Below the pieces are notes generated by a model, which did no database searches, was not told the origin of the DNA, and worked only from the letters and a program-made list of their open reading frames with translations. Positions 1 to 13,552 of a DNA stretch of 64,000 nucleotides are shown in pieces. How positions within the stretch are numbered: position 1 is the stretch's first letter; each line of letters opens with the position of its first letter. The stretch comes from Eledone cirrhosa (Eukaryota). The stretch covers positions 45,384,001 through 45,448,000 of the forward strand of contig OZ024741.1 in assembly GCA_964016885.1 (NCBI GenBank), written 5' to 3'. The position numbers were made by a program, and so were the translations under genes.

Positions 1-4
1 TTGA

Positions 5-1732
5 TCAAGGACCCACCCGTGCCAGGATGTATCGCATGAGGTGGAGGTTGTCGTGGATGGATATTTCGGGAATGGCGCATGTCTGCGCCTCTCCCACCAG
101 ACCACCAACGACAGGCGCCAACCTCTTTGCTAGCACCTTGGCCAAAATCTTGAACTCTGTGTTTAGCAGACTTATGGGCCTGAAATTATCTATGTTATCA
201 CCCTTGTTCGGATCCTTTCTCAGCAGTGCCACCGCTCCTCGGCTCACAGAGCTTGGAATTCTCCCGTTCTGTTGCCAGTTGCAGTAGACGTCCGCCAAGA
301 GGCCTCCGAACAAGTCTGGCATCTGTACGTAAAGTTCATACGACAGACCATCCAAACCAGGCGATTTACCCCTTGTGCAGCCAGTCATTGCCTCCCGTAC
401 GTCAGCGGCTGTTATCGGCTTTTCGCAACACTCCGCCTCAGTGGCCGAGAGCCGCGGCAGTCCATCGAGGTAGACACTAAAGTCCATACCTCGACCCGGC
501 CATCCGCTGCCCCCGAACAGCTGAGAGAAGTGCCGATGAAAAGCCTCACACATTTGCCCGGGATCGAGTAGCATGCGCCCGTCGTGGTCCACCAAAGACT
601 GGATCTTGGCTTTGTTGCCACGACGCGCCTCCGCCACTCGGGCCCATTGAACGGCTTTCGTCCCCTCGTGTCTGAGAGCACGCACCCTAGCTCTGACAAC
701 GCAGCCTTCGTGCTTTGCATTGAAGAATTGGTCAAGGGCCAATTTCGCCGCAAGCACGTCGGTCGCGATGCCTTTGCTAAGCGCCTCGTCTAATTTTCTA
801 ACTAGTTCTCCCTCTTCTCTATTTTTATCTATTGCTAAAGCCTTACTAAATCTAATGGATTCTATTCTAATCGCTCTTTTCAGAGCAAACCACCACTTGT
901 TGTTGAAGATGGCCCCCGTCAACGCCCGCGTAACTAGTTCGCTAATCCGGTCTCTGTAGGCCTTGCGCGCTGGTAAGGACGCGTTTAGCTTCCAGTAGCC
1001 GGGTCCTCGTCTATGAAGCCTATCTAAGTCAAGCACACAGATCACGAATTTGTGGTCCGTGTAGCTGACTAACTTGAATTGTGGACAGCCTATGCTAGAC
1101 CTATCTATTTCCCTACAAAATACTCTATCTAGATATGATCTGGATGACCCTATGCGATTTGTCCAAGTCCACATTGGCACATTCGGGAAATCCAATCGGT
1201 ACCTGTCAGACAGTTCAAAACGCCTGAGCAGGTTGGTGAGACTCTTGCACCCTCCACCCCTATCCGCTAATCCTACACAGTCCCAGCGTGCATCTAAAAT
1301 CCCGTTCCAGTCGCCCACTAACACTAAAGAGCGGGACGTTCCAAGAAAGGTCTCCAGACGCCGGAAGAAATCAGGCCGCCCTGCTCCTGTCGGGGCATAG
1401 ACGGCCACTAGCCTGAAAGCTTGCCCGTCTCCGCTGGTCACGTCCAGCACCACCAATTTACCCTCTGGGTCCAGGAAGACGGCCCGTACAGCGAGATCCA
1501 AACCTCTCCAAAAAAGCACAGCAACTTCTCCCCCCGATCCAGGACGGCTGGGAGATGCGTACATATCGTAGCCGCTGAAGTTCGGTGTGAAGGCCCGTGC
1601 TTCGGAGATTCTGGTCTCGCTGATGGCCACTACATCTATGTTTAGTGACCTGAGGTCGTTGAGCAGGTGACCCTGCTTCCATGACGACCCAAAGCCACGC
1701 GCATTTATGCTGCCTATTCTGAGTGAGGTCAT
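5..1732 (-). pseudogene. ORF2 of copy A: APE endonuclease plus N-terminal RT, disrupted by a deletion near the window edge
   Basis: Motifs NARG, ETR, YAP, GDWN, YLDR, TDH, KSPGLDGL, NFRPISLLN. After HLMRYI it lacks the VERVAREP segment present in copy C. Confidence 0.9.
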
Positions 1733-1769
1733 GTTTAAAATAGAGTGGAAAAGATGGGAAAGACCATTT

Positions 1770-3927
1770 ATCGTACTTTTCGTAGAGGAAGGATGGTTTC
1801 TCCATCCCTTTTCACTTACTTGATTGGTGAAGGGACCGTTGAATCTCCCTTCAGCTGGTCGTCGGCTCTTCTATGAGTATGTCCGAATATACTCTCCGGT
1901 TGAGAGTCCCTCCTAGGCCTCTGAAGTCACCAACTGCTTTGGGGAATTTCGTTTTAATGTTTGTGTATTGTTTCTGTGCTATTTTTAGCAGTCTTATGTT
2001 CGTTGGCGTTTTGATTGGTGCTGGTATTATGTAGTCGTGCTGTGAAATGTCTGTGTTCAATTATGTAAGTCATTAGTTTCTTGTTGTGTGTATTTATTGC
2101 CGTGCATTTGTTTTTCTGGGAGTGGGGTGTGGTTCTGCTATTTTCTTGTCATTGTTGCTGGGTGTGTGTGTTTTGTTGTTGTGTTTGCGATGTTGGTGCT
2201 TGTGGTGGTGGTGTTGAAGGTGTTGTTGTTGTTGGCGGTGGGGTTGTCGCCGGTGGTGATGGTGGTGCTAGTGTGGGTGGTGATGGTGTTGGTGGTGTTG
2301 CTGCTGTGAGTCTCTTTGCAGTAGCCTTTACCCTTTTTTCATTTCTTTCCTCCCTTTTCGAAGGCGACGATGCGCTGCTTCTGTGTTTGTGCCTTCTTAC
2401 GACCTTTTGCCATCCCTCACCACACCTCACACTCCATGTCTGATTCTGTGAGGTCGGGGAGGTGTACCAGCGCCACTCTTTCACTTGTTGTTGTTGGTGA
2501 TGTTTGCACTGGAGTCTTTGTTGCAGCTGCATTTGGTATTGCTGTTGTTGTTGTTAATACTTCCACTGCTGTTGCTGTTCTTGATTTCCATGGCGTGGGT
2601 ATGGGTGCCACGGACCTATCGTTCATGGTTGCCGCTTGTCCTGTTGCTGGTAGCCGTGGAACCGGTTTCGGAAGGAGAGGGGTTTTCTTCTTTCTCCGGG
2701 TCTTCTCGTTGCAGAAGGCCCTTAGGTGAGTCTTCGATCCACAGCGAAAGCATTTCGGGCGTTTGCCCACAACACTTATGGGCAGTTGAGTGCCGTTATC
2801 GAAGTCTATCACATCCGGGATAGCTTCGATGCACTCCTGGTTGGTTTGGATTAACATCTCAATGGAGGTGCCGACCCAATCTTCTCTTACTTTTTTCTGT
2901 ACTTGCAGTACAGTTGTTTTGTCCTCGTTTCCGACGAGGACAGACGCGGCCAGCCTTGAAGTGGCCATCCCGGGGGAGGGGGACGTGGGTAAGTTTGACC
3001 CTCACAATTTTTTGCCCGCAGTAGGAGGGCACCAACACCATTTTCTCGCTCCTTAGGGTCACTAAGGATTGAGCCTTTGCCTCCTGGGGTGTGGCAAAAA
3101 GCACGTCTACGGTGGCATATTTCTTGCCTCGGATGATATGCGTTTTACGCTGCCACACAGACCCTAAGGCTTTTTGTATTTGAGCCTCTGTGGCTCTTTC
3201 AACCCTACGGGATTTTGTGCTTACTGTACGGTATGTGAGTGACCGTACAGTGCTGTTGGGTTTCGAAAAATTTTTCGGCTGCCTTGCAGATTGCTCGGTG
3301 TCCGATTTTAGTCACCATCTTCTTCGCTTCCTGTAATTCCTCATTTGTTATGAGGATAGTTTGCAGGTTCTTTGCGATACCTGCAAACGAGATTAGTTTT
3401 TCTTTGCTGCTGTTGTTGTTGTTGTTGTTGTTGTCGTCAGAGCTGCTGTTACTTTTGTTGTTGCTGCAGGTACTACGACTACTGCCGCCGCCAGTGTTGC
3501 TGTGGTTGTTGTTGTTGTTGGTGCTGCTGCTGTTGTTGTTGCTGTTGCTGCTAATGCTGTTGTTGTTTATGCTGCTGCTGATGCTTTTGCGGCTGCTACT
3601 GTTGTTTTCCTTGTCACTGCTGCTGCTGCTGCTGCTGCTGTTATTACGGCTGCTACTGCTATTATTCCTGACGTCAGACGAATGAAATGGGTTTTCGTAT
3701 TTCCCGCACACCTTTTTCGTCATTGTCGTCGTCGTCGTGGAGAAATCTTGCACGCTTTGCACGTGATTTTTCTTTTCTGGCGTCGCTTGCGAAAGAGAAG
3801 GGAGGGAGAGAGACACATTTAGAGAAGGGAGGGAGAGAGACAATCTTCTCTCTGCTGTAGTGACGATTGAGGAAGAAAAAGACGGAATGAGTGGTGGTGA
3901 CCTATGAAAATTCTTTTTCGTAGCTAT
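1770..3927 (-). pseudogene. ORF1 of copy A (frameshifted): Asn/Ser-rich N-terminus and zinc knuckle
   Basis: ORF pieces 3205-3960, 2859-3158, 2417-2968, 2149-2532, 1851-2060 align in order to ORF1 of copy B. Knuckle CFRCGSKTHLRAFC. Start appears mutated to ATA-GCT (ATG-GCT in C and D). Confidence 0.85.
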
Positions 3928-4142
3928 GTTTTTTTTTTGTTTAAAATAAATATTGGGCACAAAACCCCAATAAGTGGTTATTTAACCCCGAAGGGCCAAA
4001 TAACGGACAGAAAGACCCCTCTCACGAGGAGGAGGGTGTTTTTGTCTACAAGTTGGTTAAAGATTTAAACAATTTACAGTTGTTATAGCGGTCAAAATGT
4101 ACAATACCTTACAGAGCCGAGCCTCCGTCAACCATAGCATTC

Positions 4143-4165
4143 AATAATAATAATAATAATAATAA
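4143..4165. repeat. (AAT)n microsatellite separating Tx1 copies A and B
   Basis: Read directly from the sequence. Confidence 0.95.
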
Positions 4166-7100
4166 TTTCTTTATTGGCCACAAGGCCTGACATCAAGAAA
4201 AACATCACAGACGGAACAGGACGGTACGACGTGGGTTTTGTGCGTGTAAATATTATTATTATTTATATAAGAAAAGAAAAAGGCATAAAACATATATATA
4301 TATAAACAATAAAATGAAAATTGAAACAATGAAAAATCCCCAATAGAGGGGAAACCTCCGAGGGTTACTCGTAGCGAAAACCACACAAAAGACCACGGCC
4401 ACCCTGACTACCAGGGCAAGCGCCCTCTCTCAATTTTTCCATCTCTCAAACTACAGACGTATATTCAGAGTGGTCCCGTTCACTCGGACCATTCTCGCTA
4501 TATTCACCCACCTTTCAACAAACTTACTAGAAAGCAGCACTTGCCTCTCCACCCTGATTTTCCTCTTCAAGTGAAACTTAAAAAAGATAATCAGGGATTC
4601 GCCGAAGAGGAAAGTGTTTGTCTTTAATCCTTTTAACCTTGTCCACCACACAATCTTTTCGCCATGGCCACCAGGCAGATGAAAACCGCCCGCCCTTCCT
4701 CCTCAAAGGAAGACGGCGAGACCATCTGCACAATGGACTCAGTCGACAACCGGATCAGTCCCACACGTGACAGCAACTGTTCGACATAGCTCCACAAGTC
4801 AGCAATGCTCGGGCACTGAACGAGTGCGTGCACAACGGTTTCGTCGCTATGCGCACATCTCGGAAAGGCTCGGATGACGGCACTTCCGTGCCTGTAGAGC
4901 TTATCTCGAACCGGCAGCGCTCCCCGGTAGCACTGCCAGGCCAGGGATTGTTGGAAGTTATCCATAGGCTCCGGGCTGAAAGTTCTCCGGAAGAGAGCAA
5001 GCAGCTGATCTTCTTCTACGCCCAGGATATCTCCGAGAACGTCGTCGCTCTTCCCCTCCACTAGTCCTCTGTAAAACGCCGAGGTGGATGTTCCACCGAT
5101 ACTGGTGCCCAACTGAGAGATATGTGAGCGCCTGGAGACATTCCAGTTTCCAAGCGCTATCCCTCGGTCGTTTTCTGACCCAGGACTGCAGCTCCGTTAA
5201 GGAGACGAGCTGTGGGAAAATGTGCCTGGCGAACGGCGACCACACCCGTTCACCATCAAGGAAGCACCAGAGATGTCGCAGCCTGAGCTTATGTTTGGGC
5301 ATCATCAGCCATGGCATGCTCAGTCCTCCACGCAACGGGTGTTGACAGCAGATGGATCGTCTGAAAATAGGAGCGCGTCCCTTCCACAAAATGCGGAAGA
5401 GGAGGCGCTCCATTTTGGTGAGAGTTGCGCTGGAGCAAGGGACGACGGTCAGGCGGTAGCAGATGACGGATGCGATATACGCATTCGCCACTTCCGCCCG
5501 GCCTTTCAGGGACAGCTTCCTCTCAGCCCATTTCTGGGTGAGGAAGGCCACACTGCTCGTTACCTAGTTCCAATTTTTCTCCATCTGGATGTCCGGTCCG
5601 AACCAGACCCCGAGCAATTTAACCGGTCCGTCCGTCCAACGCCCCACGACGCTGTCGGACGGCATGGACTTGCCTCTCCAGGAGCCTAGCTGCAAGCCCA
5701 CCGACTTTTCCTGGTTTATATTTGCTCCTGTCACCGTTTCGTATTCCTTGAGAGCGGTGCCGAGCATCTGGACGTATCTGGTGCTCGACACCACCACGGT
5801 GACGTCGTCAGCGTAAGCCGACTCGGATTTCCCGCATCCTAGTTCGCGTGGGACGTCCCTCATCGCCCCCAGTTTGTGCAGTAACGGCTCGAGAGCCAAT
5901 ACGTACAAGAGGGACGAGAGGGGACAACCCTGGCGGACTGAGCGCATGATGCTGAACGGCTGCGACAGGTGACCGTTCACCCTCACAACTGAGCAGATGT
6001 CGCTGTACATTGCTGCGATCCAACGCCTGAAAACGGGCCCGAAACCGGCTGCCTCAAGGACCGCCGCCAGGTACCGATGGTCGACCCTATGGAATACCTT
6101 GCCAGGTTCCTTAACCACCCTCTCTATGATGTATCGCATGAGGTGGAGGTTGTCGTGTATGGATCTGTCCGGGAAAGCGCATGTGTGCGCCTCTCTCACC
6201 AGACCCTTGACGACAAGCGCCAACCTCGTTGCTAACACCTTGGCCAAAATCTTGAACTCTGCGTTTAGCAGGGTTATGGGTCTGAAATTATCAATAACAT
6301 CCCCCTTGTTCGGGTCTTTTCTCAGCAGCGCCAGTGCTCCCCTGTTACAAAACTGGGAATGCTCCCGTTCTGCTGCCAGTTGCAGTAGACGTCTGCCAAG
6401 AGGTCACCGAACAACTCTGGCATAAATGCATAAAGCTCGTAGGGCAGACCATCTAAACCTGGCGATTTACCTCTTGTGCAGTTAGCCATCGCTTCCCGTA
6501 TTTCACCGGCTGTTATTGGCTTTTCGCAACACTGTGCTGCGGTCGTCGAGAACCGAGGCAGTCCGTCGAGGTATGCACTGAAGTCCATGCCCCGATCCGG
6601 GCCTCGGCCGCTCCCGAACAGTTCAGCAAAGTGCTGCTGAAAAGCTTCACACATCCGCTCGGGTTCGAGCATCACGCACCCGTTTTGGTCAGACAAAGAC
6701 CGAATTGTGGCTTTATTGCCACGTCGCGCCTCTGCCACCCGAGCCCATTGGACGGCTTTTGTCCCCTCCTTTTTCAGAGCACGCGCTCTAGCTCTGATAA
6801 CGCAGCCTTCGTGTTTTGAGTTGAAGAATTGGTCGAGTGCCAATCTCGCCGCAAGCACGTCGGTTGCGATGCCTGTCCTAAACGCCTCTTCTAGCTTTCT
6901 GACTAGTTCTCCCTCTACTCTATTTTCCTCTATCACAACTCCTTTGCTAAACCTAATCGACTCTACTTTAATTGCCCTTTTCAGGGCGAACCACCACCTG
7001 TTGTTGACGAACGCTCCCGTCAACGCCCGCTTAACTAATACGCTAATCCGGTCTCTGTAGGCCTTGCGCGCCGGGAAAGACGCATTCAGCTTCCAGTGAC

Positions 7101-9832
7101 CAGGCCCTTGTCTATGAAGTCTGTCTATGTCGATCTCACAGATCACAAATTTGTGGTCTGTGTAGTCGACTATTTTAAATTGTAGGCAACTTATACTAGC
7201 CTTATCTAGTTCCCTGCAGAATACCCTATCTAGATACGATCTGGATGACCCGATGCGGTTTGTCCCTGTCCACATTGGCACATTCGGGTGATCCAGTCTA
7301 TACCTGTCAGACAGTTCAAAACGTCTGAGCAGGTTGGTGATGCTCTTCCACCCTCCTCCCATATCCACTGGCCCCACACGATCCCAGCGTGCATCCAAGA
7401 TACCGTTCCAGTCGCCCACTAACACTAAAGAGCGGGACGTTCCAAGAAAGGTCTTTAGACGTCTGAAGAAATCTGGCCATCCTGCCCCTGTTGGGGCGTA
7501 GACGGCTACTAGCCTGAAAGTATTGGCTTCGCTGCCGGTCACATCCAGCACCACCGACTTACGTGCTGGGTGCAGGAAGATGGCCCGTATCACGAGATCC
7601 AAGACTCTCCGAAAAAGGACGGCAACCCCTCCCCCCGATCCTGGACAGCTGGGAGATGCGTATACATCGTAGCCGCCGAAGATCGGTGCGAAGGCCCGTG
7701 CCTCGGAGATTCTGGTTTCACTGATGGCCACCACATCTATGTTTAGTGACATGAGGTCAATGAGCAGGTGACCCTGCTTCCAAGATGACCGCAGGCCACT
7801 GCATTTATACTGCCTATTCTGAGTACAGCCATGTTGGATGAGAAACGGGGCAAATGAGAAAGGGTCACTTACCTTGTTCGTGTGGTGAAGGGACAGTAGA
7901 ACCATCCCTTTCGCTGGTCATGGGTGTTTCCAAGAGGATGTCAGTGTATATCCTCTTGGTAGCCGCCCCTCTGAAGTCTCCAACCGCGCTGGGGAATTTT
8001 TGTTTTAAAGGTTTGTACTGTTCTATTGAGATTTCGAAGATGCTTATGTTTGTCGGGAGAGTTCTTGGTGTTGGTGGGGTGTAGTAGTTTTTTTCCGTGA
8101 TGTCTGTGTGCTGCTTTATATATTTTATGAGTTCTTTTTGCTATGTTTATGGCTGTGTACTCTTTGGGGGGAGGGGTGATTTTGTTGCCGTTTTCTTCTT
8201 ATTGTTGTTTGGTGTGTGTGTCTTGTTGTGTTTGCGTTGTTGGTGTTTGTGGTGGTGTTGCTGCAAGTTTCCTTGCTGCCTTTACCCCTCTTTGTATGCC
8301 TTCGCTTTTGGAGGGTGAATCTAAGGGTTTTTTTCGGTTTTTCTTTTTTGTGGCAGACTGTTTGCCACGTCACTCCCGCCTCAAACTCCATGTCGGATTC
8401 TGTGGCGCCTGGAAGGGTTATGTGCTCCACGGCTGTTGGTGGTGGTAGTGGAGCCCTCTTCGGCAATGTTGTTGCTGGTGTAGCTATTTCAAATGTAGCT
8501 ATTGGTGGTGCCGCTACTGATGATGCTGCTTTAGTTGTCCGTGGTCTTGGTACGGGTGCTACGGTCGTTGCCCTCCTACTCACCGTGGAAGGGGCTTCTT
8601 CGTTTGTTGCCTGTCCTGCTCTTAGTAGCATCGGACCAGGTATTGGAAGGAGAGGGGCCCTCTTCGGTGTCTTCTGCAGGCAAAAGGCCCTGAGGTGACC
8701 TTTCGACCCACAGAGATAACATTTTGGCCGTCTTCCTTCTACACTTATAGGGAGTTGGAGTCCTTCCTCAAAGTCTATGATATCGGGGATAGCCTCGATA
8801 CATTCCTGGTCAGTTTGTATAAGCATTTGCATGCCTATACCTGACCAGTTCTCTCTTCCTATTTTTTCTACTTGCAGCATGGTCGCCCTGTTTTCAATTC
8901 CAGCAAGGACAGACGCGGCCAGCCAAGGTAAGGGCACGTCGGGTGGGACCTGGGTCACTTTGACCCTCACAATTTTCTGCCCGCAGTAGGAGGGCACCAA
9001 GACTAACTCCTCACTCTTTAGGGTTTCCAAAGAGTGAGACTTTGCTTCCTGAGGGGTGGCGAAAAGTACGTCTACTGTGGCGTACTTTCTGCCTCGGGTG
9101 ATGTGGGTTTTGCGTGCCCAGACGCACCCCAAGGCCTTTTGGATTTGAGCCTCCGTGGATCTCTCCACTCGATGTGAGATTTTCCTTACGGTGCGGTAAG
9201 TCACCGTTTGTAGCTGCTGGTCCTTGAAAAAGTCGGGTGGAGGTTTCAGGGAAACTCTATTTGCGCTTCTTGTCACCATGGCCCTTGCGACTGCCATCTC
9301 CTCCTGTGTGACTAACACTGTCTCGATATTTCGGGCGACACCTGCAAAAGAAGTGGTCCCTTTTTCTGCAGCACCACTATTGCTGCCGCTACTAGTCTCA
9401 CTGGTGGTGCTGGGATCGCTATTACAGCTATCGGTGTCATTGTTGTTCTTTTCGCTGGTACAGTTGTTGGTGTTGTTGTTGTTGTTTTCGTTGATACTGT
9501 TGCTGTTGTTACTGTTATTGTGGCTATTGTTATTATTGTTGTTTTTGTTGTTACTGTTCCTACTATTATTGTTGTTGTGGCTGTTGTTATTGTCATTGTA
9601 ATTGTCGTTCTTGACCTTACCGCTGTTATTTTTGTTATTGTCGTTCTCGACCTTACCGCTGTTATTTTTGTTATTGTCGTTCTCGACTTTACCGCTGTTA
9701 TTTTTGGTGTTGTTGTTGGTGATGTTGTTGGTGTTATTGTTGGTGTTGTTTGTGTTAGAAATATTTGTTAATTTTAAATCTGTAACAATCTTTTTTTCCT
9801 TTGTAATATTTTCGTTTATATTTACCTTCACC
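4166..9832 (-). mobile_element. Tx1/L1-clade LINE copy B, near full length (5'UTR missing), flanked by (TTA)n on both sides
   Basis: ORF1, fragmented ORF2 and a 3'UTR ending GTGGCCAATAAAGAAA directly into TTATTA. Confidence 0.93.
4451..7832 (-). pseudogene. ORF2 of copy B (APE-RT-C-terminal zinc finger), with frameshifts, stops and an RT deletion
   Basis: Pieces 6322-7905, 5564-6247, 4958-5551, 4633-5112, 4451-4651. Motifs RQGCPLS and SAYADD. The GGxLINLDQS segment seen in C and D is deleted. Confidence 0.9.

Positions 9833-9834
<2 letters not shown>
8125..9834 (-). CDS. ORF1 of copy B (nucleic-acid-binding protein); C-terminus continues frameshifted to about 7869
   Basis: 569-aa open frame with poly-Asn N-terminus and knuckle CYLCGSKGHLRAFC. 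Confidence 0.85.

Positions 9835-9898
<64 letters not shown>
9833..9898. repeat. (AAT)n microsatellite at the 5' junction of copy B
   Basis: Read directly from the sequence. Confidence 0.95.
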
Positions 9899-9899
<1 letters not shown>

Positions 9900-10539
9900 T
9901 ACGTGTGTAATGAGTAGTGGAGAGTAAAGTATACCTTTAAATTGGTGCATTTTAATCAGTTTTAAACATATTTTAAACATCTTAATATTTAAAGATCAGT
10001 CAATATTGCTAGAAGTTATTTATTTGGCTTCAACAGAAGTAGACATTAGATTTCCATTTGTGAATGGCCGAACAGCGTTTTAGGTCGATTGGGTGCTTCA
10101 TTGAACAGATGCCAACTAAGACATACCCGCAAAGTCTCGAGATGTAACCTGCAGCAGATTATTCTGAAAGACAACTAATACTCATGTTAAACCGAACGTA
10201 ATTAAGTATTCAAAGCATTTCAGATTTGATACTTTATCTGAAATATAGCGAGCCGAGCCGTAGATAATGGAATAGGGGTGTCAGTTGTGCTACACTACGT
10301 CGTCAAATCTGTACTACACATCAATAGCAATATATATATATATATGCACATACACAGACTCATGTATATATATATATATATATATATATTTTACATATAC
10401 ATGTATTTATTCTATATATGTTGGATGTTATATATGTGTGTGTATGTGTGCGTGCATGTGCGTTAAGCATTCCCGTAGAAAAGGTAAGGGAAAGAAGTGT
10501 GCTCTATGTATAGTTCAGAGCTATTTAATGATATATAAT

Positions 10540-10577
<38 letters not shown>

Positions 10578-10737
10578 GAGAGAGAGAGATTTTGAGTTTA
10601 TGTTCGTTGTATACCAACACCTCAGTATGCAGGCTGGAGCACTCGACGATGTGCGCAGGTTGGTTTGGTTACTCCGGAGTAGTGTAAAATAAAGTTAAAT
10701 AAAAGTCAAATGATTAAAATTTAGCTTCGTTTATTAC

Positions 10738-10788
10738 TGCTATATATATTTCAGTGACAGCCATCTTTGGCTGTGACCTCTTCAGGCA
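10738..10788 (-). ncRNA. Minimal type I hammerhead ribozyme in a short PLE-like remnant (about 10504-10954)
   Basis: Minus strand reads ugc CUGAAGA ggucacagcc-aaagau-ggcugucacu GAAA uauaua UA gca, then uAAUAAA 5 nt after the cleavage site. Confidence 0.8.
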
Positions 10789-10947
10789 CTTTGAATTAGT
10801 ATGGTATAGACAAGTACATATGTTGTTTAGGTGTATAATATTGTCAATACTCTGATATGCCCAGTTCCTTGTTGGGTTGTTAATTCACTTTTTAATTATA
10901 TATCATTAATTCATATTTAATTATATATCATTAAATAGCTCTGAACT

Positions 10948-11004
<57 letters not shown>

Positions 11005-11133
11005 TACACATATATGGGAATATGTAGTGGACTCAATGCAAAATACCTCAAAACAGTGGCTGTGGTTGGCAGGTAGCATCAGAAGTGATAAACTAATAGG
11101 AACATGATATGTTTAGCCTCAAACCCATGGCTC

Positions 11134-11172
<39 letters not shown>

Positions 11173-11417
11173 AGTATGATATATACTGTGTGTGACTGAT
11201 TCCTGGCAGTAAACATTGAATTGTATTCCTTTTGGCAAGGTGCTACGATGGTGTTTCTCAGTTTCTCGTATTTCTGTCAGTCTAGAGAATTGTGGAATAA
11301 AGAAGAATGCGTAAACTGAAAGAAATAACCTCCTAAGAAATATTCTAAGCTGGAATTTTTAAGCTTGAATCTGTCATAATTCCAACCAAGTTGAATGGGA
11401 TAACAAAGGAGAATATA

Positions 11418-11499
<82 letters not shown>

Positions 11500-11526
11500 T
11501 ATATATGTATGCATGTATGTATATAC

Positions 11527-11560
<34 letters not shown>

Positions 11561-12218
11561 CATGTATGTATATACAATATATATATATATAGAGAGAGAG
11601 AGATACAACGATTGTTTGCACCAGAAGAAAAGAATTGGATATTCCTTGGAAATAAAGAACAAGAAACAATACAACATAGTAATGTATCATAGCAGAAAAT
11701 AAAGTGAAATGAAATAATATGCAAGGCAGATATCACAAACAGTTTTTTTTTCATATATATATTATTCACATAGACATTACAAAAATAATATCTGAAATCT
11801 GCATAAATAGCAATTCCTGTTGGTTAACAACGTAAGGACACTCATACTACATACATATAGCAAAGCTGTAAAAGGTAAAGTAAGCATAATGTAAAAAAGA
11901 AACGGAATATTGAGGAAACGATATAGAGGGTAATGTATGGCCATCAGTTGATGGCATTTTCCAGCAGAGTGAATCAACAGCACTATAGAGAACAATAACA
12001 AGAACTGCCGCGATAGAAAATTGCATTGCATTTTTATATTATAATCCTGTATATATATTTCCTTCATTTATCTAATAGGAAATATATAAACAGAGAAAAA
12101 GTGAGACAGTGAAAATAAAAGGATTGCATCCAAAGAAAGAATTGATCGGCCATTCGAAACATAGGTATTCATATACGTATGTTACGCCTGCATATTGATG
12201 CAAAAGTATTCTGGATAG

Positions 12219-12275
12219 TATAGTGAAGAGGAATTAATCCTGATGTAACAGACACCGGCATAATTTGAACATCAT

Positions 12276-12315
<40 letters not shown>

Positions 12316-12403
12316 GTACTTATATATATATATATATATATATATGGATGATCTTCAAATTATGCCGGTGTCTGTTACATCAGGATTAATTCCTTTTCAC
12401 TAT
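12219..12403. repeat. Inverted repeat with about 60-bp arms around a (TA)n loop
   Basis: Arms 12219-12278 and 12345-12403 are reverse complements with a few mismatches. Confidence 0.85.
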
Positions 12404-12408
12404 ACGTA

Positions 12409-12469
<61 letters not shown>

Positions 12470-12783
12470 ATGTATATATATATGTGTGTGTGCGTGTATT
12501 TATCTCTGTATATCTGTGTATATATTAATGTTACGAATACATATTTCCTATATACGATCATATTTTGTTGCGGTCGCAATGAAAGAAATACCCTTTGCTT
12601 TCGTTTACAATGGTATGACTAGTGGCATCGAAATGTCAGGTGGAAAATATATCAAGGAGCATATATTAAAATATGGATGTTATCTCTCCTTCTCTTTCTC
12701 TCTAAATACACCCCCCCACACACACACACACATATGTATATATACAGAGATAGATATAGATATACAGATATATATTGATATAG

Positions 12784-12859
<76 letters not shown>

Positions 12860-13511
12860 ATATGTATTATAATATATATATATTATATATATGCGTGTGT
12901 GTGTGTGTGTGTGTGTAATAGATATATGTATATAAACATATCCATATATGTATGTATGCATGCACATGTCTGTTAGTGTGTTTAACTGTATGTGTATATT
13001 TGTATATAGTACACTTTCCGGGATGTAGATTCGTGTGTCTAGCGTAGATATGTATAGGATATCATATGTAAATATTTTGCCTTCGTTAGCAGGTGACAGA
13101 ATAATCAGTAAAAGAACGTTACTTGCTTTAAATTCGCTAGAGTTACTGTAATGTTTAAATGTACCGTAATCTACCGAAGTTTCTCTACAAGTTATAACAT
13201 TTTTATATCCGCTAAATTCGTAGCTCTATTTCAAGGAAACATATACATAAAACATAAAATTGTTGTTATTTTGCTCCAGGTTAACCGTGTTTAAATAAAA
13301 CTATGCGGAAACCATTGTAGCTGCGATAATTGTATCATTTCATATGTCACATACAGGATGATCTACTGTTTCTTTTTTTATTAACTGTTTCCCTTTCTTA
13401 TTTCTAAAGACATCGTATTTGTATCAGTTATTGAGGACTTTGTATGTCTGCGAAATCATGCATGCATTAATTTCAAATATTCTTATTTATAATTGCATTG
13501 TTTCTTTTCAG

Positions 13512-13552
13512 GGACTATGTTGAAAAATAAACCGCATTTGGTCATTCCGTGA
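13512..13552 (+). other. Candidate terminal coding exon of an unidentified host gene (xG-TMLKNKPHLVIP-stop), paralogous to 45320-45654
   Basis: Polypyrimidine tract plus CAG acceptor at 13501-13511. About 150-200 bp of homology to three tandem copies near 45.3-45.7 kb. Confidence 0.35.

Larger units (their letters stand above)
1..4142 (-). mobile_element. Tx1/L1-clade non-LTR retrotransposon copy A, 5' part (runs off the window edge); 5' end abuts (TTA)n
   Basis: ORF1 with CCHC knuckle followed by ORF2 with APE endonuclease and start of RT. The 5'UTR shares TTGGGG-N3-TGTGCCCAA with copy C. Confidence 0.92.
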
